Shown here piece by piece: positions 52,621 through 64,000 of a stretch of DNA of 64,000 bases. Below the pieces are notes generated by a model. That model was not told where the DNA came from and did no database searches. It saw nothing but the letters and a program-made list of their open reading frames with translations. The stretch lies in assembly GCA_964234715.1 (NCBI GenBank), contig OZ174285.1; one strand, given 5' to 3'. Every line of letters begins with the position of its first letter. The first letter of the stretch is position 1. The DNA comes from Podarcis melisellensis. Lineage: Eukaryota. Both the position numbers and the translations under genes were made by a program.

Positions 52621-55600
52621 TAGCAGGACGGTTTAGCGCAGATCAAAGGCGGCCTCTGCTAATATAGAAATCTATATAAGAATTAATCGCAGAGTAATGG
52701 CCCCCAAAAGGAATTCACGAAATTGCCCATGCAAAATAAGGATGACCCTGCAAAGGCGCTCCAGATTTATTCCTCATAGCAATCCATTAAAAAGAGGGAA
52801 ACTGTGGCAAGTGGATTTCGTTGTTGTTGTTGTTGTTGTTGTTGAACTTGCGGGGTGGGGTGTCCCTCTCCCTAGTTTCCAAAAGTGGCTTTTAAAAAAA
52901 GCATTGTCAAACACCTTCATCTCCAGGCCTCTGGCCTCCAGCGAAAACAGAGAGCAACCAAGCTGTAATTCTGGCTCTTCTGAGGAAAAGACCCCCATGA
53001 CCCCAGCCAAGGCCTAAGGAGCGCTTAGATCTGCAATTACCTACGCCTGACTGTTGTGCTAATTTCTACTTTTGCCTTAAATGCAGTGATCATTTGCAAC
53101 ATCTAACGGGTGGGCGAGGAGGGAGCCAGCTTGCAACCCACACGCGCCCAACAGCGGAGGCCTGCCCTTCTTCGTGGTCCATAGCCGAGAGAGTCCCTGG
53201 CCTCCTCGGACGGGGATTGCTAGAGATCACCAGCTAACTTCTCCTTTGCTATTTGCCTTGTATTGCTTACTCGTCCACTCAGGCGAAAGGTTTCTACCCA
53301 ACTTTTAAACACGGCAGGACTTCAGGGCCTGATTGCCTCTTCCTCACATTTATCTGGGAGGTCCCATTCCTTAGGGAGGGGGTGAAATATTTATCCCGTC
53401 TTTCACCTCCGGCGCAAAGACCACCACCGGATCTTTGAGAAAAGGCACAGACCAGATAGAACGGAGATTCTCCTGTCGTATTTCTAGTGCATCTTCTATC
53501 AGCTAGCTTCTTCAGCCTGTCTCTCATTTTATATTATAAAAAAAGAAAGAAAGGTCCCCTCAGGTATATATGAGAGGCACGCTTGGATTTTATTCTGCAC
53601 CCCCTTACTCGAAACACCAGCCAGCTCAGAGGGACTCATCTCCCCCCCTCTACATTTCAAACAAATAGCGCTAGGATCGGGGGATGCTTTCAATCTCCAC
53701 CGCGAAGCAAGAGGATCTGAAAATTAATTAAACAATCTATGCTATCTGATCGATTAGCTGATTGAGTTAAGATGAAATAGACCAAAGAAGGGAAAGCGAT
53801 GCATATTCACCTTCTGTGAATTACATCTCAGCAAGGATGAAGGGGGCGGGCGGGGACGGGAGAAGGGTGGGTTTGGGTGGAAATTGTGCGTGTCCCACTT
53901 TTTAAGATGATCATATTTCTTCCTGCAGTCATTATTTCTCAATATTTCTTCCTCCAGTCTATGGCGAAGAAATGATGTAAATAAATAATCATTACTGTTC
54001 AGCACACGCCAACCTGGGCCTTTGTAGTACAGGGAATGTATTTCATGTAACGCATCCAGGAGAGTTTAGTGCTCAGAAAATATAGACGTAATCAGCTCGC
54101 ATATAACGAGAAATCAAAGTTCTTATGGCGCAGGAGATAGATTTATTGAGCTGATCTTATCTAACCTGGCCCCTCCGTGGGAGATTTTATATATCGAAGT
54201 GCGGGGCGGTGTCAGAATTAGAAAGGCAATTCTTTAATGGAGTTTGCATATCTCTCTGTGTGGGAAAACAACAAATCAACCAGCGCTACTTTCAACACAA
54301 TGCTCCTTCCTGGGACAGGCTCCAAACTTTTGTGGATGGAAAATAATATCCGGAACCCAAATGGGCAGGAGGTGGTGGAGGAAGAAGAAGAAGAAGAAGA
54401 AGAGGCAGGCAAGAAACTAGAATAACTTCCAAGGCAGTGACCCCTGCTGATCTTAAACACCAGTGATCTGGAAGCATTTTACGTTTGGGATCAGGTTGTT
54501 GAGTTAAAGCCCCTGGGACCAGGTGGCTAAAAATGTCTTTTCCATCCATCAAAGTTTCCTTAAAAAGTTGGAGGACTTGGCGAAAGCCGGGCCATCAATT
54601 ACCTTCTGGCTAGCAATCAAAACAAGATCAGGCCCAAGTGGAAATGGGTGTAGGGGGTAGAAGTGGCGGCGTTTGAGAGAGGAGGAGGAGGAGGAGAAAG
54701 ACAGGACATAACTGGAGTGGGAATTCTGTGTCTCCGCCATGGGGGCTTCCACCCCACCCGAGTGCTAGAAAATGCTATTATTATTTCAGCTTATATTGGG
54801 ATGTCGCCAATTTGCACTGCCTCGATTAAAAAAATAATGTTGCATTGTGTACCATCAAAATATATGGACACACATAAATATAGCAGATGCGGCTAGCAGT
54901 ATTCTAAGCCATCCTGGATTTGAGAAGAGAGGAAGAAAGCGCCTTTCGAGGGGGCGGAGGGGGGGGTCAAACCTTTTAGGCAAGGGCTTTTGGCGGTGAA
55001 GTCAATAAAGCAGGCCGCCCTCTTTCTTTAAGGCTGCGGCCTAAAAGCTGCATTTTCCAAATGGCCGGGCTATTCCCGCCCAGTTTAGATCTAACCGCCC
55101 CCCAATGAATAAACGAGTTAACAAAAAAGCACGAGGGGCTGCGGGAGGACCCTCCAGTTAAATCACCCTGAAAAATGCCACCAGGGTCTCTTTTTGTCAG
55201 TTCTGAAAAACACGTTTCCGTCAGGCAAGGCTCCTGAAGATAAAACGCACCCCAACGTCTCTGCGGCTGTTCAGTAAATCTCCCCCACTTGTTTTAAGAC
55301 CTGTACTTGATTCTCTGCGAAAAAAGAACCCGGCCTTTTTCCACGCTCGCTCTGGCCTGCATTTGCAGCCTGAAGAACAAGGGGGGGCAGTCACAGTCCA
55401 TGTCTACCAGCACCACGCATACCAATGAGATCCCCCTGTCTAAATAAATTATCCGATGTTCAAATCGATATTAATACTACATTTGCTACATTACAATATT
55501 GTGCAAATTTAAGAGTCATTTGACTACAATGTAAATACTATTTCTCATGCATGAAAGGCAACAAATATTGATGGGTTTTCTCCCCTCCAGCCAGACCCTC

Positions 55601-56916
55601 GGAAACAGCTTTGTTTTCCAAAAAGCTTTGTATATCTTCTCGGGCCACTTTTAAACGGGGTTAGGGGTGCGTGGCGGATTTAATGGTATAAGATTCTGAA
55701 GGATATACACACACATATATATGTATATATATACATATACACATGAGAAAAGTTTTGCAAAAAGTGCTCGGTGAACAGACCAGCGCCGCACCCCTCCACC
55801 CTCGCAAACACAACGCCCCCCCCCGTCCCAAACGGCTCCGCCAAGTTCCCCCTTGTCTTTGTTCCTTATTCCTTGCAGGTTGATGTGTATATATGTCTCT
55901 CCCACAGGTTACAATAATAAAGGATGTCTTGTATTCTTATAGGCTCCAACCGGAGCACTTCAAAGGCGACGTTAATGCACTCTCCTGCAAAGTTAATTTG
56001 AACCATCTATCATAAGCAAAATTGCTAACATGCACGTTACCCCCGCCTACCCTTAATTTGATATTTTTGCAGGCAATCTGTTACATTTCCCAGTGTTTGC
56101 GTGGTTTTGCATTGTTTTAAAAAAAGAAGAAGGGAGGGAGGAAATGCATCTGCAGGTTGGTACTCTAAAGCCTGAGGCTGGGTCTTATTTCCTTTATTTT
56201 GAAGGAGGGAAGTAAGTCCTTTTCTGGCGCTCGAATCCATTTTTACGAGCGTCACTAACCACAGCAACTGCAAATATGAATGGCTTCCGATAAGGGTGGG
56301 GGTGGGGGGGATCAGGCAGCAATAAAGCAGTATTATTTATGATTTATTTGTGCTCCTGCCTGCCTTATTGGAACAAGATCTGGCGAGAAGCCCTTTCAGC
56401 AAGGCCTAACCACTCTCTCCTCCCTTCCACAAACAAATAAACACACAAACGCACGAGGAAAGGGTGTGGGGAATTTATGCTCCTACCGCACCCCCCTCTC
56501 CCCCACCTGAGGCCGAATACCACCTTCTACAATGAACACAACGCTACACCTTCCAGTTAGTCGATTTCACCCAAGGCCTACCGGAAGCTGCCAAAGCCAC
56601 CCGCCTGCCTAAGGGGAACAATCCAACGAATGCTTAAGAAGACTGAGAGCGCAGGAGGAAGCTGCAGCCGGGCTGCGGGGAGGGCAGGGATTCGTTTTCC
56701 CAACGCAAAGTGAATTTGGATGAGGCTCTGGTGCGTTTACTGCACAAACCTTCTGCAGTAGGCTGGCAGGTTTGGCCTCAGCAGGCCCTGCGCGCCTTTC
56801 CTTGCTCCAGATTATCCCGGGGGACTATCCCCAAACCAGGAGGCCGATCTGCTTGGAGAGGAAGGTACCTGGGCTTGCCTAACCATGCCCCCCTGGTGTT
56901 GCTGCTCACCCCCCTA

Positions 56917-57479
<563 letters not shown>

Positions 57480-60215
57480 CTGACGAAAAGAGGGAGAGAG
57501 AGAGAAAAGGAGAGGAAATGTGCATCCAGCAGCCTTGGCGAAACCCAGCCCGCTAGCCGCCGCCGCCGCGCAACAAAGCGGAGCCTTCTTCCCACAGCAA
57601 CGCGCGCACACAGCGCGTACACAGGCGCACAGACACACACACAGGCGTCGGCTCTTTCTCTCACACAGACACACACAAATCCGGCCGGGAAGGTGGCAAA
57701 CACGCACAATGCAAGCCTGTTTCCCCCACCCACCTCAGCTTGCATTGTTGTGCAAATGGGGACATGTATACTGCCTTACAGGACTGCCATTCTCTTTGTA
57801 ATAATAGTAATAATAAGAGGAATTATGAAAATAGTGGTGATGGTGATGAGGCAGTCCCCGAAAGAACTCTCCAAAGTCAGGGCCCACCTCCAAGTTGCTC
57901 CCTCCTAGCCTTGCCTGATAGCCAGGTAGCCATCCTTGGTCACCTCTCGGCCGATTTAGCGCTCCGAGGATTGGGAACCCGGAAAGGCCATCCCGCGCAG
58001 GCTCCCCGCTTTATTTGCCAGTCCGGAGTCCCACTCAGCAAATAGGCTTGCAAAAGTGCTTGGAGTGGGGGTGGGGTGGGGTGAGGTGAGGTGAGGGGTG
58101 GGAGAGCTACCCCCGCGCCTTCTCCCTAAACAGTTCCCAGGTTCAGCTGAGGAAGCTTCTCTCCTGTTTGCAGCAGAGTTCTTTCTCCCTGGTTGGAGGA
58201 GGACGGGGGGGGGGGAGGAAAGGTTTGACTGCTGTTATTGTTATTAAAAAGGAGGTCAAAATGAAGATTTCGATTTACGGAAGCCAAACGTGAGTGTGAG
58301 GAGAAGGGCGAATTATTCTCTGCGTGGTTGCAGATGCATGAAAATGAAAATTGAAGGAGGGTGGGAAATATATGCCCACGATCTGGCCAGTGAAAACACA
58401 CGTTTGCAACTGTGCAAAAAGAGACGCGCCGGGCACACAAACTCACGGAATTCATTAACCACCCCAGCCCCAAACGCGAGCATGCTTGGAGTTTCCGAAG
58501 CTGAGCAAAGTTTGTGTGTGTGCGCGCGTGTGTGTCCGGGTCTGCTTAATCTGGGTCAGCAATTCACACTCCTGGCATGTAAACAAAGGTAACTTAGAGC
58601 AAAGAGAGGACAACTGAGAGTTATTTCTTAGGCGCAGAAAATTAATATTTTCTGTTTCACAGGAAGAGTTATTTTCTTCAGGGTTTCCTGTTGTTAATCA
58701 TACTTTTGATGGGGGAAAAAAAATCTAATATTCCCATCGAGCTGTCAGAATCCCCCTTTCCTCCCCCCCTCTGCAAATTATACTTCCAAACCTGGCAGTT
58801 CTGTGTTTCAATTAAATGCAAACACAGTTCAAAGACTGTGAGAGGGCTGTTAGCTGCTATACATATATATCCCTGTGCTCCCTCTCGCTCTCGATATATA
58901 CATTTTTCCCGAGACCCCTATCCTGACAACAGCTCTCCGAAACTCCTAAATGAAGTCATCAGTGGCCCATTTTAAAAGGATTTCCATTCTTTCCTTGTGG
59001 TACACGGGAGAGATGTGCTTTATTTTTTTATTTTTTCTATTATTTTCAAGCCATTTCCATTGCCGAAAGTGTTTGGCTCATTTGACTCCTAAGGACCTCT
59101 TTAAATAGGGTCACGAGGCTGAATTTTCAGCATCAAACTGCTAAATAGTGTGTGTATGTGTGTCTACATCTATACAAGTATGTGTGTGGAGACCAAAAAC
59201 ACCTCCGCAGTAAATCGCTCTTATTATATATACACAAGCACACACGTACACCCCCCACACACATACAAATACATATAATAGCTATTCCTTTCATTCATAT
59301 AAATATAGATCTCTCTCTCGGAATTAACACACACACACAAACACACACACACACAGAAAGTACCATCATAACACTGGAGGTATTCCTTTTCAAATAAGTA
59401 CCACATTCCAAAGGCAAGCTATGCTTAAAAATAATAAGACTAATAAGAATCAGTATTATTGGGATGCAGTATAAAGCGACAATGGCGTCTGATGGAGAAA
59501 TAAAACAAGCAGCATGCACACGGGGTGGGAAATGACAGAACTGTAAAAGCAGTGATCGTTCACAAACTTCCTTTGAAAGCACGAGGGAGTCCAAACAAGG
59601 CCGGATTTGGCGATAGTGGGATCGCCTAGCAGAGAGCGAAAGTGCAAGGAAGCAGCCACACAAACAGCGCAATTTAAACACCACTGGCCCTCCAGTTTTT
59701 TAAAAATATATATATTATTATGATTTTAAAACAAACAAACAAACAAACAAACAAACAAACAAACTTACACACAACACACGTCTCTTTCAGCTTTGAGGCC
59801 AGGGTTGTGGTGGGGGAAGGATCTAACGTGAACTGTTGTGCTTTCTCTTTCCTCGCTCCCCCCATCTTTTTAATGGGGCGAAATAACGAAGAGAGGAAAG
59901 GGAGCCTGAAAGAAGGGTCTCTCTCTCCCTCTCTCTGCCTGCCCCCACCAGCTCCGAGCCAAGAAAGGAGAGAGCCCCCAACCCAGGAATAGACACCATT
60001 CAATCGGTGGTGGAGTAAGAGTAATAGCAACATTACGCATCTCTAAAGGAAGCAAGTGTAGTGGTTGCGAAAGTGTGTCTGTTTGTCTGGTGGGGAGGGG
60101 GACGCTCGGAGGAGAGGGAGGGGGTACCAGCCTTCTCTCCCTCCTCCTCCTCCCAACCTGCCCTGGACACACACACACACAATCCGGATCCGAATAGGGA
60201 AGAAATAATATTCAC

Positions 60216-60648
60216 CTTCCCGCCTCATGCCCACTTTGAGGCACTTCTTGAGGCGGCAGTACTGGCACTGGTTGCGGTGGTGCTGGTCGATGGGACAGTT
60301 CCGGTTGGCCCGGCAAGTGTACGTTAAGTTCCTGCGGACGCTTCGCTTGAAGAAACTTTTGCAGCCCTCGCAGGTGAACTGCCCATAGTGCTTGCCGCTG
60401 GACTTGTCGCCGCAAACCACGCACTCGATGTGCTGCTGCTGCTGCTGCTGGCTCTGGCCCGATCCCTGCTGCTGCTGCCCCTTGTCGCCCGGCGTGGACG
60501 GCGCGCCCGGCTGGCTGGGCGTCTGCGGCGTGTGGGGGGCCGCCGAGGCCCCTTGCTGCGGGTCCCGGCCCGGCTGAGCTGCTCCGGTGGGGCCGCCCCC
60601 GGCCACGTCCTCTTGCGCATCTCGCCAGCTGCTAACTACCATTGCCAT
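60216..60648 (-). CDS. NR2F1: NR2F1 (COUP-TFI) coding exon 1: N-terminal A/B region plus C4 zinc-finger DNA-binding domain
   Basis: Translation [10 protein letters not shown]...[72 protein letters not shown]. Donor G|GTGAAT after 60216; 433 nt, phase 1. [10 protein letters not shown] and RNLTY match NR2F1 rather than NR2F2. Confidence 0.97.
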
Positions 60649-62740
60649 ATCTCGGGCCCACGGAGGAAAAAAAAGAGGGGGGGGGGTGCCTGGTGGTGAT
60701 GGTGGGCTGCCGGAGAAGAGGCCGGGAGAGGAGGAGGGGTGGGGGGTCGGGGTCGGGGTGGGGAAGGGGGGTGGGGTAGGGTAAGGGGGAAAAGAAGGGC
60801 GGCTGCCTGGGTTTGTCGCGGGGGGGGGCAGAGGCGAGGGATCGGGGCTCCTCCCGCCTCTCCGCGGCTGTTGCTGCTGTGGCTGCCGCCGCCGCCTCTC
60901 CGCTGCTCCCGCTGCCGATCTTTTTCTGCTTCNNNNNNNNNNNNNNNNNNNNNNNNNNNNNNNNNNNNNNNNNNNNNNNNNNNNNNNNNNNNNNNNNNNN
61001 NNNNNNNNNNNNNNNNNNNNNNNNNNNNNNNNNNNNNNNNNNNNNNNNNNNNNNNNNNNNAATGGAATTCCAGAGGGTTTAACCCCCCACCCCCCCGTCT
61101 AGCAGGATGGTGTCCCCCGCTCTTCTTCTTCTTCTCTTCCTCCTCCTCCTCCTGCTTCTTCTCTCAGTCCCTTCCCTCCCTCCCCCCCAGAAACGTGTCC
61201 CTTTTCAAGTTGCAAAAGCAGCCAGGGCGAAGCGGGCTGTCGGGAGAGGCATTCAGGAGGGTGACCCTGGGGAGGAGAGGGAGGAGAGGGCGACGGGGGG
61301 AAGAAGCAGGAGGAGGAGGAGGAGGAGGAGGAAAGGGAGGAAGAGGAGGCGACCGGCTCGCCGGACACCCTGCCGGGCCAGCCAGCCCCGCACCGTCCGC
61401 GGCGGGCTAGCGGCGCGCCCGCCCGGCCGGCCGACACGAAAGAGGCAGCAGCAGCAAGGAAGGAGCCCGGAGCCGCGCGATGCTGCTGCTGCTGCTGCCG
61501 CCGCCGCCGAAGCTGCTCCTGCCGCCGCCGCCGCTGCTGCTGGTGAAGAAGCTGGTCTCTCTGCCGGGGCTGCGGCCGCCTCCGTCGCCGCCACTGCTCG
61601 CCGCCGAAGCCGCTGGGGCCCGGCCGGGAGAGCCGCCGCTGGATCGCGCCCGTCGGCGCGCAGGGAGGCCGGCAAAGGCGCACGGGGAGCCGAGGCGCGG
61701 CTGCCGCTCAGGGCGCGCGGGTGTCCGGGGGCCAAGTCCGAGGCAGCGCGTCAGCCATGCAGGAAAGGCCCTTCGGGAAGCTCCGCCGACCAGCCCGAGG
61801 GCGACGACGCCGAGGAGGACGCGAGAGGAGACTGGACGAGACACTTTGGGGGTCTCTCGCCGCCGACGCCGCCGTTGTTCTGGGCTCCGGCTCCGGCCGC
61901 CGCCGCTGCTTTGCCGCCGGGCTCCCTCTCTCTTTAGCTGTGTCTCTCTTTCTCCGTGCGCGCCGCTTTCTCTCTTTCTCTCTGCCTCTCTCCCTCGTCA
62001 ATTTCGCTGGGGAAGATACAAAGGAGAAGCCCCAGCAGCGCCCTCGACTTCGCCCAGGCGCGGCAGACCGAGGATCCCCAGCCAAGTGGCGGAGCGAAAG
62101 GCGAACATGGAGAGAGCAGAAGCGGAGCGAATGTCAGCCGTGCGCCGAGGGGAGGGGAAAAGCCGAAAGGCGAGCGAGAGATCCAAAGTAGGTCGAATAA
62201 ATAAAAGCCCCTTCTCCTGCTTCTCCGGCTTGCTCTCCTCCTGGCGCCTTCCTCGCTCGCTCGCGCGGCAGCTCCTTCTCTCCTCGCCTTCTTTCTTCTT
62301 CCGTGCTGCTGACAATAATCACTGGAGATCGCCCAAGAGGAAGGGGAAGGAAAGGAGGGGAAAAAAACCACCTTCTTATTTTTCTTCTTCTTCTTTTTTT
62401 CTTTTCTTTTTAAAGTAAATTTCGGAGGAGAAAAAGAAAAAGAAAACAAACCTCCGCAGCCAAGAACAAAACCCTCCCCCAAAATAACAATAAAAAAGTG
62501 TTTAAAAATTGAAGATATGAAGATGTTCAAAAGGCGCCCCTCTCTCTTTCTTTTTTCTTTCTTTCTTTCTTTTTGCTCTTTTTCTTTTGCGGTCTTTCCC
62601 CTTTCTTTTAAGTTTTCCCTCTCTCTGGTCTCATGAAGGAAGGAAGCGAGAGGCACCAGGAAAAGGAGAAAAGGAGTGGAGAGAGAAGGAGATAAAGAGA
62701 AAAAAAAGCCAGCCTTCAACTAATAGAATATGCAAGAAAG

Positions 62741-62778
<38 letters not shown>

Positions 62779-62825
62779 GAGAGGGAGAGAGAGAGAGAAC
62801 CAAAAAATGAATGCGTTTAAACGGG
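60649..62825 (-). other. NR2F1: NR2F1 long GC-rich 5' leader within a CpG island (transcription start not determined)
   Basis: CpG-dense sequence with GCC/GCT/GGA triplet runs continuous with exon 1. Mammalian NR2F1 is known to have a long 5'UTR. Confidence 0.55.
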
Positions 62826-62957
62826 NNNNNNNNNNNNNNNNNNNNNNNNNNNNNNNNNNNNNNNNNNNNNNNNNNNNNNNNNNNNNNNNNNNNNNNNNNN
62901 NNNNNNNNNNNNNNNNNNNNNNNNNNNNNNNNNNNNNNNNNNNNNNNNNNNNNNNNN

Positions 62958-63190
62958 CCAAGAGAGGGGCTGCTGGCAACTGATAATCAAAGGCGACTGA
63001 CTGGTCAGAGCCCTGAATTGGGGGGAGAGAAAATGGGAGGCTAAGGTTAGCCAAGCCTCCTTCACTCCATTGGCTGAGATCTCCTCTCTCTCTCTCTCTC
63101 TCGCTCCCCCCCCTCCGCCTTTATTCTTTGCTACCTACTTACTGAGATGGGAAGGAGGGAGGGGGGAGGAAAGGAGAGGGAAGGGAGGGG

Positions 63191-63264
<74 letters not shown>

Positions 63265-63360
63265 GAGGGGGATTCTTCTGACAAGCACAATTTACATTGA
63301 GATCGCCCTGCTCTGCTATTTACTTTGAGACCTGATTAGTATGGGTCGTCTATGGTCACA
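62958..63360 (-). promoter_or_regulatory. Putative NR2F1 core/proximal promoter
   Basis: Minus-strand CCAAT box AGCCAATGG (ATTGG at 63069-63073), flanked by long GA repeats at 62741-62797 and 63193-63260, just upstream of the CpG island. Confidence 0.5.
63193..63260. repeat. (GA)n microsatellite upstream of NR2F1
   Basis: Read directly from the sequence. Confidence 0.95.
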
Positions 63361-64000
63361 CACACAGACACACACGCACGACAAAAGAAAAGGGGGGGCG
63401 GGCGGGGAAGAGATGCATTGCGATAGGGGGAAAGGGGAATTTAAAGGAAATTATTTTGGCTCATTCTGAAAAGTTTTTTTTTTAATGATCAGATTTCTCT
63501 TTGGGATATTTCGCCCCCCCCAGGTCTTCCTTCCTTCCAAAAATAACCCTGATTAGGAATTACGATACTTGGACTGGATTCCATTGTTTAATGGCTGGAA
63601 GGAGATGGCTAAGGAGAGTCCATAAGGACTGTGAGTATTTAAAAAATACATTTATGGTCCCATATGTTCCAGTTCATCAGCCGCCCCCTCTCTCCCCCTC
63701 CCACCTTGCTGCCTGTTCCCCCTCACTTTAAATATTCTCCAGGATTTAGTAATTTTTTTTTTAGAATAGATTTCATTCCCGTCGCAATATGACCGGTCAG
63801 AAATCGACAAGCCCATTTCACATGGAGGTTCCACTCCAACTCCCATTATTTTTATTTATTGTTTACTATTAATATATAGATACATATATTAAATTAACTT
63901 GTCCGTCCTCCTTGTGTTTTGCTTTCGCGAATGTTTTTAAACAGCCTCAGTAATGATTAATGGATAACGTAAGTAAGTGATCGGTTTTGCCGTCTTTATG

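Noticed and set aside
60043-60215. ORF-track extension [10 protein letters not shown]...TCFL as a DBD-only protein
   Set aside because: Read-through past a canonical GT donor into intron 1 with simple-repeat content; nothing supports intron retention.
61107-62418. Long + strand ORFs (276 aa and 312 aa) antisense to the NR2F1 leader
   Set aside because: Low-complexity Pro/Arg/Ala/Leu products of GC-rich triplet repeats with no recognisable domain.
63300-64000. Calling an NR2F1-AS1 orthologue
   Set aside because: A divergent lncRNA exists in mammals, but no exon can be identified from this sequence alone.

Overview
Vertebrate genomic DNA, most likely a squamate and probably a lacertid lizard judging by the Squam3-like SINE and palindromic MITEs. 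The window covers the convergent FAM172A (ARB2A) / NR2F1 (COUP-TFI) locus. Positions 1-19.6 kb are the AT-rich last intron of FAM172A (+). This intron holds a decayed Tc1 transposon (TA target duplications, terminal inverted repeats, DD34E-type transposase, nested SINE), four old CR1 fragments and short palindromic repeats. The FAM172A terminal coding exon (19645-19787, missed by the ORF track) is followed by a ~2.8 kb 3'UTR containing the hairpin homologous to human MIR2277. About 22.6-50 kb is a GC-richer, TE-poor intergenic regulatory region with CpG islands. NR2F1 lies on the minus strand as three coding exons (60648-60216, 57479-56952, 51247-50967; 413 aa) with a long GC-rich 5' leader carrying uORFs and a CCAAT/GA-repeat promoter near 63 kb. 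Six N-runs of 128-172 nt are present, and the one in exon 2 is exactly the expected length. No CRISPR array, rRNA or tRNA was found, and I can demonstrate no new system. The best lead is the FAM172A 3'UTR hairpin, which keeps its structure while its stem sequence differs from human. All comparisons to human or fish sequences are from memory and need alignment.
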